Assembly (NCBI RefSeq): GCF_964355755.1
Contig: NC_092670.1
Span: 24,104,795 to 24,168,794, forward strand
Reading direction: 5' to 3'
Origin: Antedon mediterranea
Lineage: Eukaryota; Animalia; Echinodermata
DNA: 64,000 nt
Numbering within the stretch: the stretch's first letter is position 1; each line of letters opens with the position of its first letter. A program made the position numbers and the translations under genes. Shown one piece after another: positions 1 through 11,389 of this stretch. The notes under the pieces are model-generated. The model searched no databases and was not told the DNA's origin. It saw nothing but the letters and a program-made list of their open reading frames with translations.

Positions 1-1565
1 TCTTTATTTGGGGTATAATATGGGAATATGTTTAATCAAATAAATACCACCTAGATGTAAAAAAATACGGCACAATTGATATCAAAAAGTGATAAAATTA
101 TGTCAAAATGCTTGGTAAATTGTAGATTACGGTAGTTAGTGAAATGTGTTGTGATACAATTATTGTGTAAATGCATGTGGCGGGGCGTTTATTCCGCATG
201 ATGTTCTATTGGAGGGAATGGTGGCGTTTATTTGAGGGAGGCTTTTATTCAAAGCGAGTGTTTATTCGAATAAATACTCTAATTTTAATAATTATAATTC
301 GTTTCTCAACTGATAAAAGGTACTTTACATGATTCGTTTTCCTCTTTATGCTTTTTAACGAAACGTTTCTGTATTTTAGAATAAAAGTGACACTGTCATA
401 GAGCTATAATTGTGAATTTAAATCCGTTATATAAAATATTTAACGTATTCGAACGGGAAAAAAATCATTGACAGGCTATTATTTGTAATTTTATCTATAT
501 ATTATCTTGGTTTTTTTCAAATTGGACATTCTCATTGCATTTGCCCTTTAAATGGATCTTCTCCTCCAGGTGCCAGTATAATGATATAAAATAATGACAC
601 ATCATTATCCTGACACGATTGCACTCATAATGGATCTTCACTCTATCATCTGTTTGTTTGTGACTACAATTTGACAACACTCTTTTGCATATTCTTAAAT
701 GCCAATACATAGTTTCATTGCTATTGTACAATATGTCCAGCTTTCCTGAAAACACCCTTGTGTGTACTGTAGTACAGTGTTGTAGTATGATTTTATCATG
801 ATAACTTCTGATGCTTTTATTGTCAATGCATTCAGTACCTTAAACATGTCAACGTTTCTAGTGGTATTGATAATAAATCTCCAGAAATAAATATTGTTTT
901 ATTATCTACACTGGGAACAGACGTGTATAATATACACTGACAAAACTTATACATATTATGTATAAGTTTTGTCGGTGACATTCAAAAATGTTATGCAAAT
1001 AACAAAATGTTTATTTCGAACAATTTAAGACCAAAGTCAAGTGTCTACGACCAGTAGTTACGGAGATACATACATGCCCTGGGGTGTGGGTCAAAGGTCA
1101 GAAATGGCATTTCCGGTCATTTTTGACTAAAATGTCCCATTAGACTGAATATAAATGTATACATTCTGATCAATTTGAGACCAAAATTACCTCGCTGTGA
1201 CCAGTGGTTATCGAGATTTAAGGACCTATTGGTGTTTAGTTTTATAACCTTTCACCCTGACCTTTTGACCTTTCGTCACATTTTCAAAATGTGTTACCAA
1301 GCCAATAATGATTGTTTGACCATCCTAAACCAATTTCTGAAGTCAAATTCTCTGGACCTCAAAGTGCATACGAAAGTTGATCTAGCTACTAGAGTAACTG
1401 TTTTTGGATCTTTTTAATTGTTAATACATTTATTTGGAGTGAGTTTTGGCATGACATGACTGTAAACACTGAGCTGAAATCAGGATGAGTCTTACGCGCG
1501 CCTGTAGACGCATTCATGAATGGATGCTGGTCATCTCGTACCCAAACCAACCCGTACCCATAAAT

Positions 1566-3112
1566 AACAAGGCCAACAGCCATAAGTCGCGTGTTCTCAG
1601 AAAAAAATGAACTTTCAAAAAGTAATGTACTTTAAAACTTTTCTGTACATCAAAACAGTTCAAAAAGTACAGAAAAGCGATAAAACGCATAGTGATACCG
1701 GACCGACAGACAGACCGACCGACAGACCGACATAGTGAACTATTGAGTCGCGTCCACCCACGCGACTAATTGTCTGTACATCAAAACAGTTCAAAAAGTA
1801 CAGAAAAGCGATAAAACGCATAGTGATACCGGACCGACAGACAGACTGACAGACCGACAAACCGACTGACATAGTGAACTATAGAGTCGCGTCCACCCAC
1901 GCGACTAATTGTCTGTACATCAAAACAGTTCAAAAAGTACAGAAAAGCGATAAAACGCATAGTGATACCGGACCGACAGACAGACCGACAGACCGACCGG
2001 CATAGTGAACTATAGAGTCGCATCCACCCACGTGACTAATTGTCTGTACATCAAAACAGTTCAAAAAGTACAGAAAAGCGATAAAACGCATAGTGATACC
2101 GGACCGACAGACAGACCGACAGACCGACCGACATAGTGAACTATAGAGTCGCGTCCACCCACGCGACTAATTGTCTGTACATCAAAACAGTTCAAAAAGT
2201 ACAGAAAAGCGAAAAACGCATAGTGATACCGACAGAGAGACCGACATAGTGAACTATAGAGTCGCGTCCACCCACGCGACTAATTGTCTGTACATCAAAA
2301 CAGTTCAAAAATACAGAAAAGCGATAAAACGCATAGTGATACCGGACCGACATACAGACCGACAGACCGACCGACATAGTGAACTATAGAGTCGCGTCCA
2401 CTTACGCGACTAATTGTTTGTACATCAAAACAGTTCAAAAAGTACAGAAAAGCGATAAAACGCATAGTGATACCGGACCGACAGACAAACTGACAGACCG
2501 ACAGACCGACAGATCTACAGACCGATATAGTGAACTATAGAGTCGCGTTATAACGTAATTTCGAGTTGAAAAGTAAGTCAAGAAAACAGAAATCGGGCAA
2601 AAAGAGTGCGCAATAACATTTAACGCGTAGGGCGCGCGCAAACATCTGTGCACTCATGGCAATTTTGTAAACGCTTAAAATTGCCTGAAACGTACTCTTA
2701 TTTCATCGAAAATAAATTTTGAAAATTTTAAGCGCGCGTACGCATGCATTACATGCGCTACGCACGTAATTGTATTGCCATATGATGATTTATGCCCTGA
2801 AATTTATGAGTATCAAATTTTATTTAATTGTGATTCATGGTTATGAAGATATGATTACAAACGTGATTTCGTTAAATCGTGCGTAGACCGCGTAATTTTT
2901 TATTGCGCACCGTGAAAACATAACCACATCGATTCCTGGCCATAAGGAATATACTGTGAAAAATTGACTTAGCTAGATTAAACTGTTATCAAGATAAGGT
3001 CAGAAAGCGATAAAACGCATAGTGATACCGGACCGACAGACAGACCGACAGACCGACAGACCGACCGACCGACCGACATAGTGAACTATAGAGTCGCGTC
3101 CACGCGACTAAA
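1566..3112 (-). mobile_element. Non-autonomous Helentron/DINE-1-like (HINE) rolling-circle element with internal tandem array
   Basis: On the minus strand it starts TTTTTAGTCGCGTGGACGCGACT (hairpin/subterminal IR), has a (GTCT/GTCG)n microsatellite and ends with sub-TIR CACGCGACT, a short stem-loop and CTTGTT. No TSD. The same family recurs at 3.8-5.2 kb and 59.5-63 kb. Confidence 0.7.
1642..2547. repeat. Tandem repeat, about 7 copies of a 113-139 bp unit made of the HINE terminus
   Basis: Unit TCTGTACATCAAAACAGTTC...GAGTCGCGTCCACCCACGCGACTAATTG starts at about 1642, 1773, 1912, 2043, 2174, 2287 and 2417. Length varies only in the GACA/GACC microsatellite. Confidence 0.9.
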
Positions 3113-3780
3113 AAGGCTTAACATGTTCTACGATATATATGGTCAAAAGGTATGGCAAATAATAATTAGGCCTTAATTTAACTTCCTTAACCTTAAATGC
3201 ATGTCTAAATTGTTATGTTCTTATGCCTGGTATGTAAGTATTATAAATAACTTTATGTTTTCTTTGCATTATAGTCAAGTGCTCTCACACGTCTTGATAC
3301 GACGAGTACGCTGAATAATCCATACCTAATGAAAGGAGATAACAAGGAGAATAAAAAGAAGAAAAAGCAGGAAAAGGACGAAAAGAAAGAGGTGGAGAAG
3401 AAGGAAAAGAAAGAGGTGGAGAAGAAGGAAAAGAAAGAGGTGGAGATGAGAACAAGAAAGAGAAGAAGGAAAAGAATGATGAGTAGAAAAAGGAAAAGAA
3501 AGAAAAAAAGAAAGAGGAGAAAGTGCAGAATAGCACGGTAATTAATATTTATATTAATTTAATTACAGATGAAAATAACTTGACCATTTTGTTTTACCTA
3601 AAGTCTAAAGTGGCAGGTCATATCATTAATGTGATACCAATCGAAACATTTTATGAGGAGGAAGACGATGAGGAGGAAGGGAAGGAGAAAAAGAACAAAA
3701 AAGAGGAGAGGAAAGCAAAGAAGAAAAAGGAAAAAGAAAAGAAGGAAAAGAAAGATGAGGATATTAGCGAAAAGAAAGAA

Positions 3781-4555
3781 AACAAGGCCATATAGATGGC
3801 TGCAGTCGCGTGCTTAGTGTTTACTGACCGACCGACCAACCTACCAACTGACCGAAATTACTGAACATGTTTAAAAATGTTGAAATGTTTAAAAACAGTT
3901 ATTTTTTTTAAATTTACACGTGCGTAGCCTGTCACTTTTGACGTGCTCGTATAACGTAATTTCGAGTTGAAAAGTAAGTCAAGAAAACAGAAATCGGTCT
4001 GTCTGTCGGTCCGGTATCACTATGCGTTTTATCGCTTTCTGACCTTATCTTGATATCAGTTTAATCTAGCTAAGTCAATTTTTCACAGTATATTCCTTAT
4101 GGCCAGGAATCGATATGGTTACGTTTTCACGGTGCGCAATAAAAAATTACGCGGTCTACGCACGATTTAACGAAATCACGTTTGTAATCATCAAATCAAA
4201 TCAAATCAAATAAACATTTATTTCTTTCATTCATATTTGAGTAAAAAACATTATAATTTCTGATATTTTATAAATAAATATTTTTTTTTTTTTTTTCAGA
4301 TTTAATACAGTAAATCATAATGTATAAAAAGATAATTCAGTTATATACAAAATGAAAGAGGCAAAAAAACCCAAGAAAGTATCGATCAATTGGAAACAAA
4401 AATCCAATTGAAACTTGTATGTTGGGAAGCCATGTAAGAAGATTATATACTTATATATATAAATGTAAACATATAACTACACATATACATAAAGATCAAC
4501 AGACACACACACACACACCAACAGAAAAGGAAGCAATTTCGAAAAAGTTTCTAAA

Positions 4556-4592
<37 letters not shown>

Positions 4593-4790
4593 TCATATTC
4601 ACAACCATGAATCACAATTAAATAAAATTTGGTACTCATAAATTTCACGGCATAAATCATCATATGGCAATACAATTACGTGCGTAGCGCATGTAACGCA
4701 TGCGTACGCGCGCTTAAAATTTTCAAAATTTAGTTTCGATGAAATAAGAGTACGTTTCAGGCAATTTTAAGCGTTTACAAAATTGCCATG
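3781..4790. mobile_element. Rearranged HINE fragments (minus-strand end 3781-3997 fused to plus-strand body 3996-4790) with a nested insertion at about 4191-4590
   Basis: 3781 AACAAGGCCATATAGATGGCTGCAGTCGCGTG is the element end. 3996-4790 is the reverse complement of about 2655-3040. The nested segment begins with (TCAAA)n ATAAACATTTATT, resembling a retroposon tail. Confidence 0.65.
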
Positions 4791-5118
4791 AGTAACAAAA
4801 CCACAAAGTAACGCGCGCACGCGCATTTAAAATTTTAAAATGCGCAAAATTCATTTTTAATCAACTTTCTACGTGTTTCTTGTCATTTTGAGCATGTCAT
4901 TTAATTCCCATACGCGCGCATATTTTTACGCGCGTGGTGCTCACGTAGCGTTAAATACATACTTTTTTCGCGTGATTTATGTTTTTGCAGCCTTTTCTAA
5001 TAATTTTACCATCTTTTAAACAATTTCGACTTAAAATTACGTCATACGAGCACGTCGAATTGGATAATTTGCGCACGTTTTTGATGAAAAAGTTAAAAAA
5101 TTCGTCAAAATTATGCCT

Positions 5119-5237
5119 TTTTAGTCGCGTGGACGCGACTATAGTTCACTATGTCGGTCGGTCTGTCTGTCGGTCTGTCTGTCGGTCCGGTATCATTATT
5201 CATTGTAGCACGCGACTTAATGGCTGTTGGCCTTGTT
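5119..5237 (+). mobile_element. Minimal (about 120 bp) HINE containing both termini
   Basis: TTTTTAGTCGCGTGGACGCGACT, then microsatellite, then GCACGCGACTTAATGGCTGTTGGCCTTGTT. Confidence 0.7.
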
Positions 5238-8200
5238 ATTAGTACTACTGTGGCTTTCATATTATTGTTTATGGTAATTTAAAAACAGATGAACATAACC
5301 ATTTTGTTTACCTATTAAAGTCCGAATCGGCAGACAATATCATAACCTTAACACCAATTCAAAGATTTGTTGAGGAGGAAGAACTCGAAGGAGAAGAGAA
5401 GGTAAAAAAGGAAAGAACAAAAAAGAAGAGAGGAAAGAAAAAGAAGGGAAAAAAGAGAGGAAGGAAAAGAAAGACTAGGAGAAGAAGGAAAAGAAAGAAA
5501 AAAAGAAAGAACAGAAGAAGGAGAAGAAGATAGAGGAAAGGAATAAAAAGAAAGAAATGAAGAAGCAGAATGAGAAGAAAAAGGAGGGAAAAGGTATGAT
5601 GATAGTATTTTTCATCTCTTAAATCAATTATAGTTATATAGTGAATAACAATATTAATAGAAATTACATAACTTCGACTGAAATAGTTAATTATCAATGC
5701 TATTCAGATTCTAAACAAGAGTTGGATAGACAATTATCTTCTACTGCACAACCTGGCCGAGAAGGAGCAGCATGTAATGCATGGGCAGGGAATGAGGAAG
5801 TGAAGGAGATTGTATTACCAAAACCTAATTTCTTCAATGCATTAAGAGGAAAACTAGGATTTAAAGACAACAATACCAACACCATCAAATTTATAGTAAG
5901 TATACGATAAAGCTGTTGATATAGAACGTATTGATTTAAAATGATAACTGAAATATTGGTAAAACAAATATTGCTTATTTAAAGTGTTTTATTACTTATT
6001 CTACTTAGGCTGACTTCGATGATATTTAATGAATATACTGAATCAGTGCCCCACCATAGAGCAGTCTTAGGACCTCCTACAACACTTTTAAACCAAAGAG
6101 ATACGGTGGGCAACTTCATTCTAGGGGTGGATGCTGCCACCTCTGGAATGTTCTAAGTTTTTAGTTAAGGTGAGACATCTTGAAATTGTGAACATTTTTT
6201 AATTGATATGACTTTTATTGGTCAGTATTGATGTTATCTTATTTTAAAAAGTTGTATTTATTTTTCTCGTTGCAGGAATGGTTTTTGTGTGACTTTTAAT
6301 GGCGGTTGGTTTGTGGGGGAGATAAGTGTGTTTGGGTAGGTGAATTTTTTAACTATTCAATGACGCTTTTTTCATCTTTTGACATATTTGTTTTCTTGTT
6401 GGGTGGTTTACCACATGGGTTGGTTATGTTATTTGTTTTGGGGTATGACTGCTGGGTTTGGTGGTGCTTTTATTAACTTACTTTTGCTGAAATAGGGATG
6501 TGAAACATTGCAAATTATATGAAGGAAATTACATCTAAGTGGAGAGAGTAAAACAGATGTCTTTAATATGGTTTTTTAAGCGTAAGCGTAACATATTACA
6601 TGTTTTGGCATGCTAAAACGTTTTTACTAGGTGAACTAAAGATAATACATTAGTACAAAGGCAATCTGTTTGTTAAACATTTTTATTTTATAATGTACAA
6701 TACAACATCAGTACATATTATTTGTTAGTTGAACAAAAAGAAATCTCATCATTGTATGGATCATAGTGCCAAACGGTAGGCAGTCTGTGACGACAAAGGT
6801 TATTTGCCATTGAGGATGAATGCACTGGGAAGAGCTACCATCAGTGGGTGTATACATAGGAGCGAGTGTTCTATAACCCAATTGTATTCCGAATGCGTAT
6901 GGGTCTGTATCTGCTGTTTCGTGGTTGGTTAGATGTGCATTCATTTTGAATCTCATAGAATTTGTCTGACTTAATACATTGAAAAGAAAAGGTCGTTGCA
7001 ACTCGAACACGGAGAATTGTATCACTCTGTTAAAGACGCATGCCTATGGTACATGCTTAACATTTAACGCAACCTCTGATTGGTCTAATATTTGAATAAA
7101 TTAGCATCTCTTTTGGGACATCTTTTTTATTTCAGTAATATTGATCTTTACTACAAATGGTGAAATTTTGCTTTTCACTAAATATAGTAACATTATGCAA
7201 TCGCAGAAACACTGACTGAACACACTGTATCTTAATTTAAGCTCCTGTGCAGGCATGCGCAGTGTCAATCCGATATAATCACAGACTGTTTGCTTTTTGC
7301 TATGAATTCACTATGGTACTCTTTAAATTTGACATAGTACAATGATAGGGTTAAAATCTTGCAGAGTTCAACCTGAGATTGCCTTTCTGTCTTATGGTAC
7401 TGGTACTTAACATCAACGTAACGTACTGTGCACAAACAGTGGAAAAAATGCATGTATTTATTGCCAAACCTGAAATAGAAAGAGTTTTAAAACACCAACT
7501 AGATTCGAACGAAAATTAACAAATAAAACAATAGCCATCATTGTTTTTCTGCCTACTAATAACATCTAATCAAATAACATCAATTTATGTCTTATAATAG
7601 AAAAGTTTGTCATGTTTGCTCAGAACTCTCTTACCGAATGGTTTGCTTTTTTCACACCCCTACTAAGCAATTGTGTGTTGATAACTGACCATTAAGCCAA
7701 TCGGCCTGCTACATTCATTTAATGTCATTTATGTGAATTTCCAAGCTACTTGTCTCGGATATTGCCCGGAAGGAAATTAATCGATAATTTTTCGAGCTAA
7801 AATGAAACCTGCCATTATATTCATACGAGTTAAACCCATTTTACTTGCCGCCTTATTTATATATTTAAAGCCACTCGTCATGGAATAAATTATTATATAT
7901 TGTATTTGAAAGTGTCCGTATTTCATTAGTGTTTTTAGTACTGTACCACTAAATATTGAAGAATACGCATACTTAGAGACGTACGACATAGCACAGACCA
8001 TGGGGTATACTCTATGCACAGACCGACATACCGTAGATTGACAGACAGACCAGCATAACCGATATAATTTCTAGTATTGAAGTAGAAAACAATAGATTCA
8101 ACTTAACCGAAAAGCATTATTACGTTCCATTGACTACTGAACGCAGAGTCACACAAAAAGAATTGATGCATTTCATCAAATACTGCGGCAATAAAATATT

Positions 8201-8785
8201 GGTGAAATTGCGTGAAAAAAATAGGTCATTTACCTCTGACCCGAAAGTGCATCACTATGGCAGATCTACTGTATCAACTAAAAAGTAATTTTTGCCAGAA
8301 TCACCTAAAAATTGGGTTTTCATATGTACCAAAGTACAGTATGACACACAAAAATCATGGCTAATGGCAATGTGACTAAATTAGCTTATCTCTCAGATGT
8401 GTGTGACACCGAATGTAAGGTAATTAAAAGATCGATTGATTGAATGATTATAATAATTGTTTTTTTGCGGTATCTGCTGTAGGCCTACTTCTAAATTGTT
8501 TATTATAAATTTATTTTAGTTTTATCAACGTTGAAATTAGGTCACGACGTCGGACAACCCGATACACTACGTCATTATTTTAACGTTAACGTTGAATTCA
8601 GTTTAAAGTGTGTGATACTTCGTGGTCGATATCTATCGGTACAACGTCACTATTCAACGTTAAAATCGAGGTTGATGTCTGAAAATCCAAGGTCGATATC
8701 TACCATCGTCGACAACGTTGATAAAATGTTGAAAGTCTGACAATTCAAGGTCAAAACAACGTCGACTATACTCCTGTTAGTTATA

Positions 8786-9901
8786 GACCGTGTTCGTACG
8801 GCGATTGAAATACACGTTTATTTGGTTTTTACCCTTGGGGTAAAACCCATACGACGTTCGTACGAATAAACAAAGTACCGGTAAGCTGACACGAAACCAA
8901 TTAAGATCGGAATTCTTAGGTCAAAAAGCGCCCTCTGTGCGTCGACCCATATCAATTGACATGGCGTGTTGACAAATTCAACTGGATATTGCATGTCGTT
9001 TCGCGCGCGAATCGTTCAATTATTATTTTTCAATCGACAACCAGACCTATATATTTATAATACATCGAATACAATTTACTTTTTAAATAAATAATGATCG
9101 AAAATCCTGCTAACGTATGTTGTTTGTTGACCACGTGTATTTATCGTGCGAGCCGAACTATTGTTGTGGAAATTCCATTTAATGTACACGCACTGTACCC
9201 CTCTTGTAAAAATCACCACGTGTATTTATCGTGCGAGCCGAACTATTGTTGTGGAAATTCCATTTAATGTACACGCACTGTACCCCTCTTGTAAAAATCA
9301 CCACGTGTATTTATCGTGCGAGCCGAACTATTGTTGTGAAAATTCCATTTAATGTACACGCACTGTACCCCTCTTGTAAAAATCACCACGTGTATTCATC
9401 GTGCGAGCCGAACTATTGTTGTAAAATTCCATTTAACACGCACTGTACCCCTCTTATCGTGCGAGCCGAACGGTTGATGTGGTAATTCACAGACACCAGG
9501 CTACCACAATACAGAACTCCCTGCCGTTACATGTACATTATAAGCCACCGATTCGCAAGTTCAGGTCACCGGAAAAAAACCAACGAGTTGATTATTTATA
9601 TATAATTTTACAAAACAATAGATATACATTCGCATTCGCAAAAAGAACATTTTAAACAATAATTGTTAAACAATCAGAAAGCTTATTTGAGGTCGCGATT
9701 TGACATGATCCCGTTAACGCTTGATTAATTATACCCCGAGGCAGCGTGTAATTGGAATGGGATTGAAATAACCAGTAAAGTTGGTGGATTTTTCATCCAG
9801 ATGGTTTTCTAATTTTTTATAGCCAGAGGCATAAGTTAATTGCCACACGCGACCTCACAGTTGGAAGTACACGGTAGTTTCAGTCCCGTCCGAACGGGCC
9901 C
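8786..9901. mobile_element. Probable non-autonomous PIF/Harbinger-like DNA transposon
   Basis: Imperfect TIRs GACCGTGTTCGTACGGCGATTGAAA / TTTCAGTCCCGTCCGAACGGGCCC, with ATA on both flanks. Confidence 0.45.
9131..9470. repeat. 85-bp tandem repeat, about 4 copies
   Basis: CCACGTGTATTTATCGTGCGAGCCGAAC... at 9131, 9216, 9301 and 9386. Confidence 0.9.
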
Positions 9902-10027
9902 ATAGTAATCTCATTTACTTTAGCAGTCCGTGACCAATTATCTCAGTCTGTATATTTTTTGTTGGTCAAATAATTGAGAATAAATATGAAAATAATTTTA
10001 TGGCATTTTTGTTTTATTGGCTCCATG

Positions 10028-10127
10028 GTTTAACCAGGGAGTTGTTATTAGAACAACTCCCTGGTTTAACAAGTTGCACCAACCATTTTTTTTTTGCCAT
10101 TAACAAAGATACTATCTTTGCCATTAA
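10028..10127. mobile_element. Two micro-palindromes flanked by 7-bp direct repeats (candidate transposon excision footprints)
   Basis: GTTTAAC|CAGGGAGTTGTT-ATTAG-AACAACTCCCTG|GTTTAAC (10028-10070) and CCATTAA|CAAAGATA-C-TATCTTTG|CCATTAA (10097-10127). Confidence 0.55.
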
Positions 10128-11029
10128 TTAAATAAATTAATATACTGCCCTCTTTAGTTCCATTCTAACAATAATACACAAACACAATTTTTATCTGTGT
10201 ATCAGAGGTGTATCATGTGCGATTTGTTTAATTTTGGTAGCTATTAAGTCTAGTTTAAGTTACCCAAAACGTAAACAAAGTTGTTGTTGTCAACGAAATA
10301 AAAAAACATATAATTACTCAAAATGTATTTGTAGTAAGAAAGGCTGGATAACTAGCCTAAAATAGACCTATCATCAGGGCCTGGACTAGGTCTAGGAATT
10401 GTCGACTGAGGGCGCAATTTGTTTACAACGTTCGTGGCCAAAAACGATCATTTTCGGAGATGTTTTAGACCTTATATTTCGAAAACTACAAGTCAGATTT
10501 TCGTAATTCTTTCTTTATTGGAATATTTAAACAAAATACTAACATATAGTGTTTAAATTGGTTGAAAAATAACAACTTTTAATTTTGCATCGTTATCCCT
10601 ACTAGCCTAGGCCTAGCTAGGAGTAGGCCTAGCCCTAGGCCTAGCTAGGCCTAGTAGCTAGCTAGTCTAACCTGTCTAGCCCTATGTTAGTTTAGGAGGC
10701 TACTCTACTGTACTAGCCTAGCTAGTTAGTGAGCGTGTCTACTGTTTTAGACAAGCCTAGCTAGTAGTATTAGGCCTAGAAAAGTAGTAATACATTACGG
10801 GATCCACTACTAGTAGGAGGAGGCCGTGGCCATTAATATTTATTAATAATAATTATTATATTAAAATATAGTAGCTTCTAGTATTCTACTCCAAATATAC
10901 TGTATGTAGCTGTATAATATAATAAATAATTGACTATCTAGATGGCCTCACTAGTTAGTAGTACTTGTACAACCCTACCTACTCAAGTGTCAATTTTTTA
11001 GAACATGTTTGACCATTGATTCATCAGTG

Positions 11030-11330
11030 GAAAATTATAAATTCCATTTTAATAGGCCTATTTATGTCATTTGCATATAAAATATACATAGAAATTATGT
11101 TTGCTCCCAGATATAGAAAAACAGATTTCAAAGTGTCGCATTGCTTTCGTACAATATACTGAATGGCTGCTGGATAAAAGCTGTTACGAAACCTATTTGT
11201 ACGAGAGATGATGGACTGGTAACGTCTACCGCTACGTAACACCTCAAATACATTATGCATGGGATGAGTAGAATTTTGCAATATAGAATGTGTTTTTTTA
11301 ATTAATCCATTTTCAGATAGGGTTATCACT
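11030..11330 (-). mobile_element. 3' fragment of a Rex1/Babar-like LINE ORF2
   Basis: ILQNSTHPMHNVFEVLRSGRRYQSIISRTNRFRNSFYPAAI is the typical C-terminal motif of this LINE group. Confidence 0.7.
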
Positions 11331-11389
11331 ATAAGTTTTTTGAAATTATAGGCAGATTTTTGAATATTAGTTATGTTTTTATAGGCTAG

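Larger units (their letters stand above)
3274..6029 (+). pseudogene. Putative degenerate multi-exon gene (3' part) for a Lys/Glu/Arg-rich low-complexity protein
   Basis: Exon-like blocks with AG/GT boundaries: about 3274-3537, from 3569 (interrupted by a HINE at 3781), 5290-5593 (paralogous to the 3569 block, with in-frame stops), 5708-5895 (DSKQELDRQ...TIKFI) and 6009-6029 (ADFDDI*). No recognisable domain. Confidence 0.35.

Noticed and set aside
495-755. Minus-strand ORFs 495-755, 6708-7025, 7265-7453 and 7777-8019 as a gene
   Set aside because: No recognisable domain and no consistent splice chain could be built; cannot be excluded without RNA data
1642-2547. CRISPR-like array (also 9131-9470 and 16283-16710)
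   Set aside because: Whole units repeat with no unique spacers, there are no cas genes, and the context is eukaryotic
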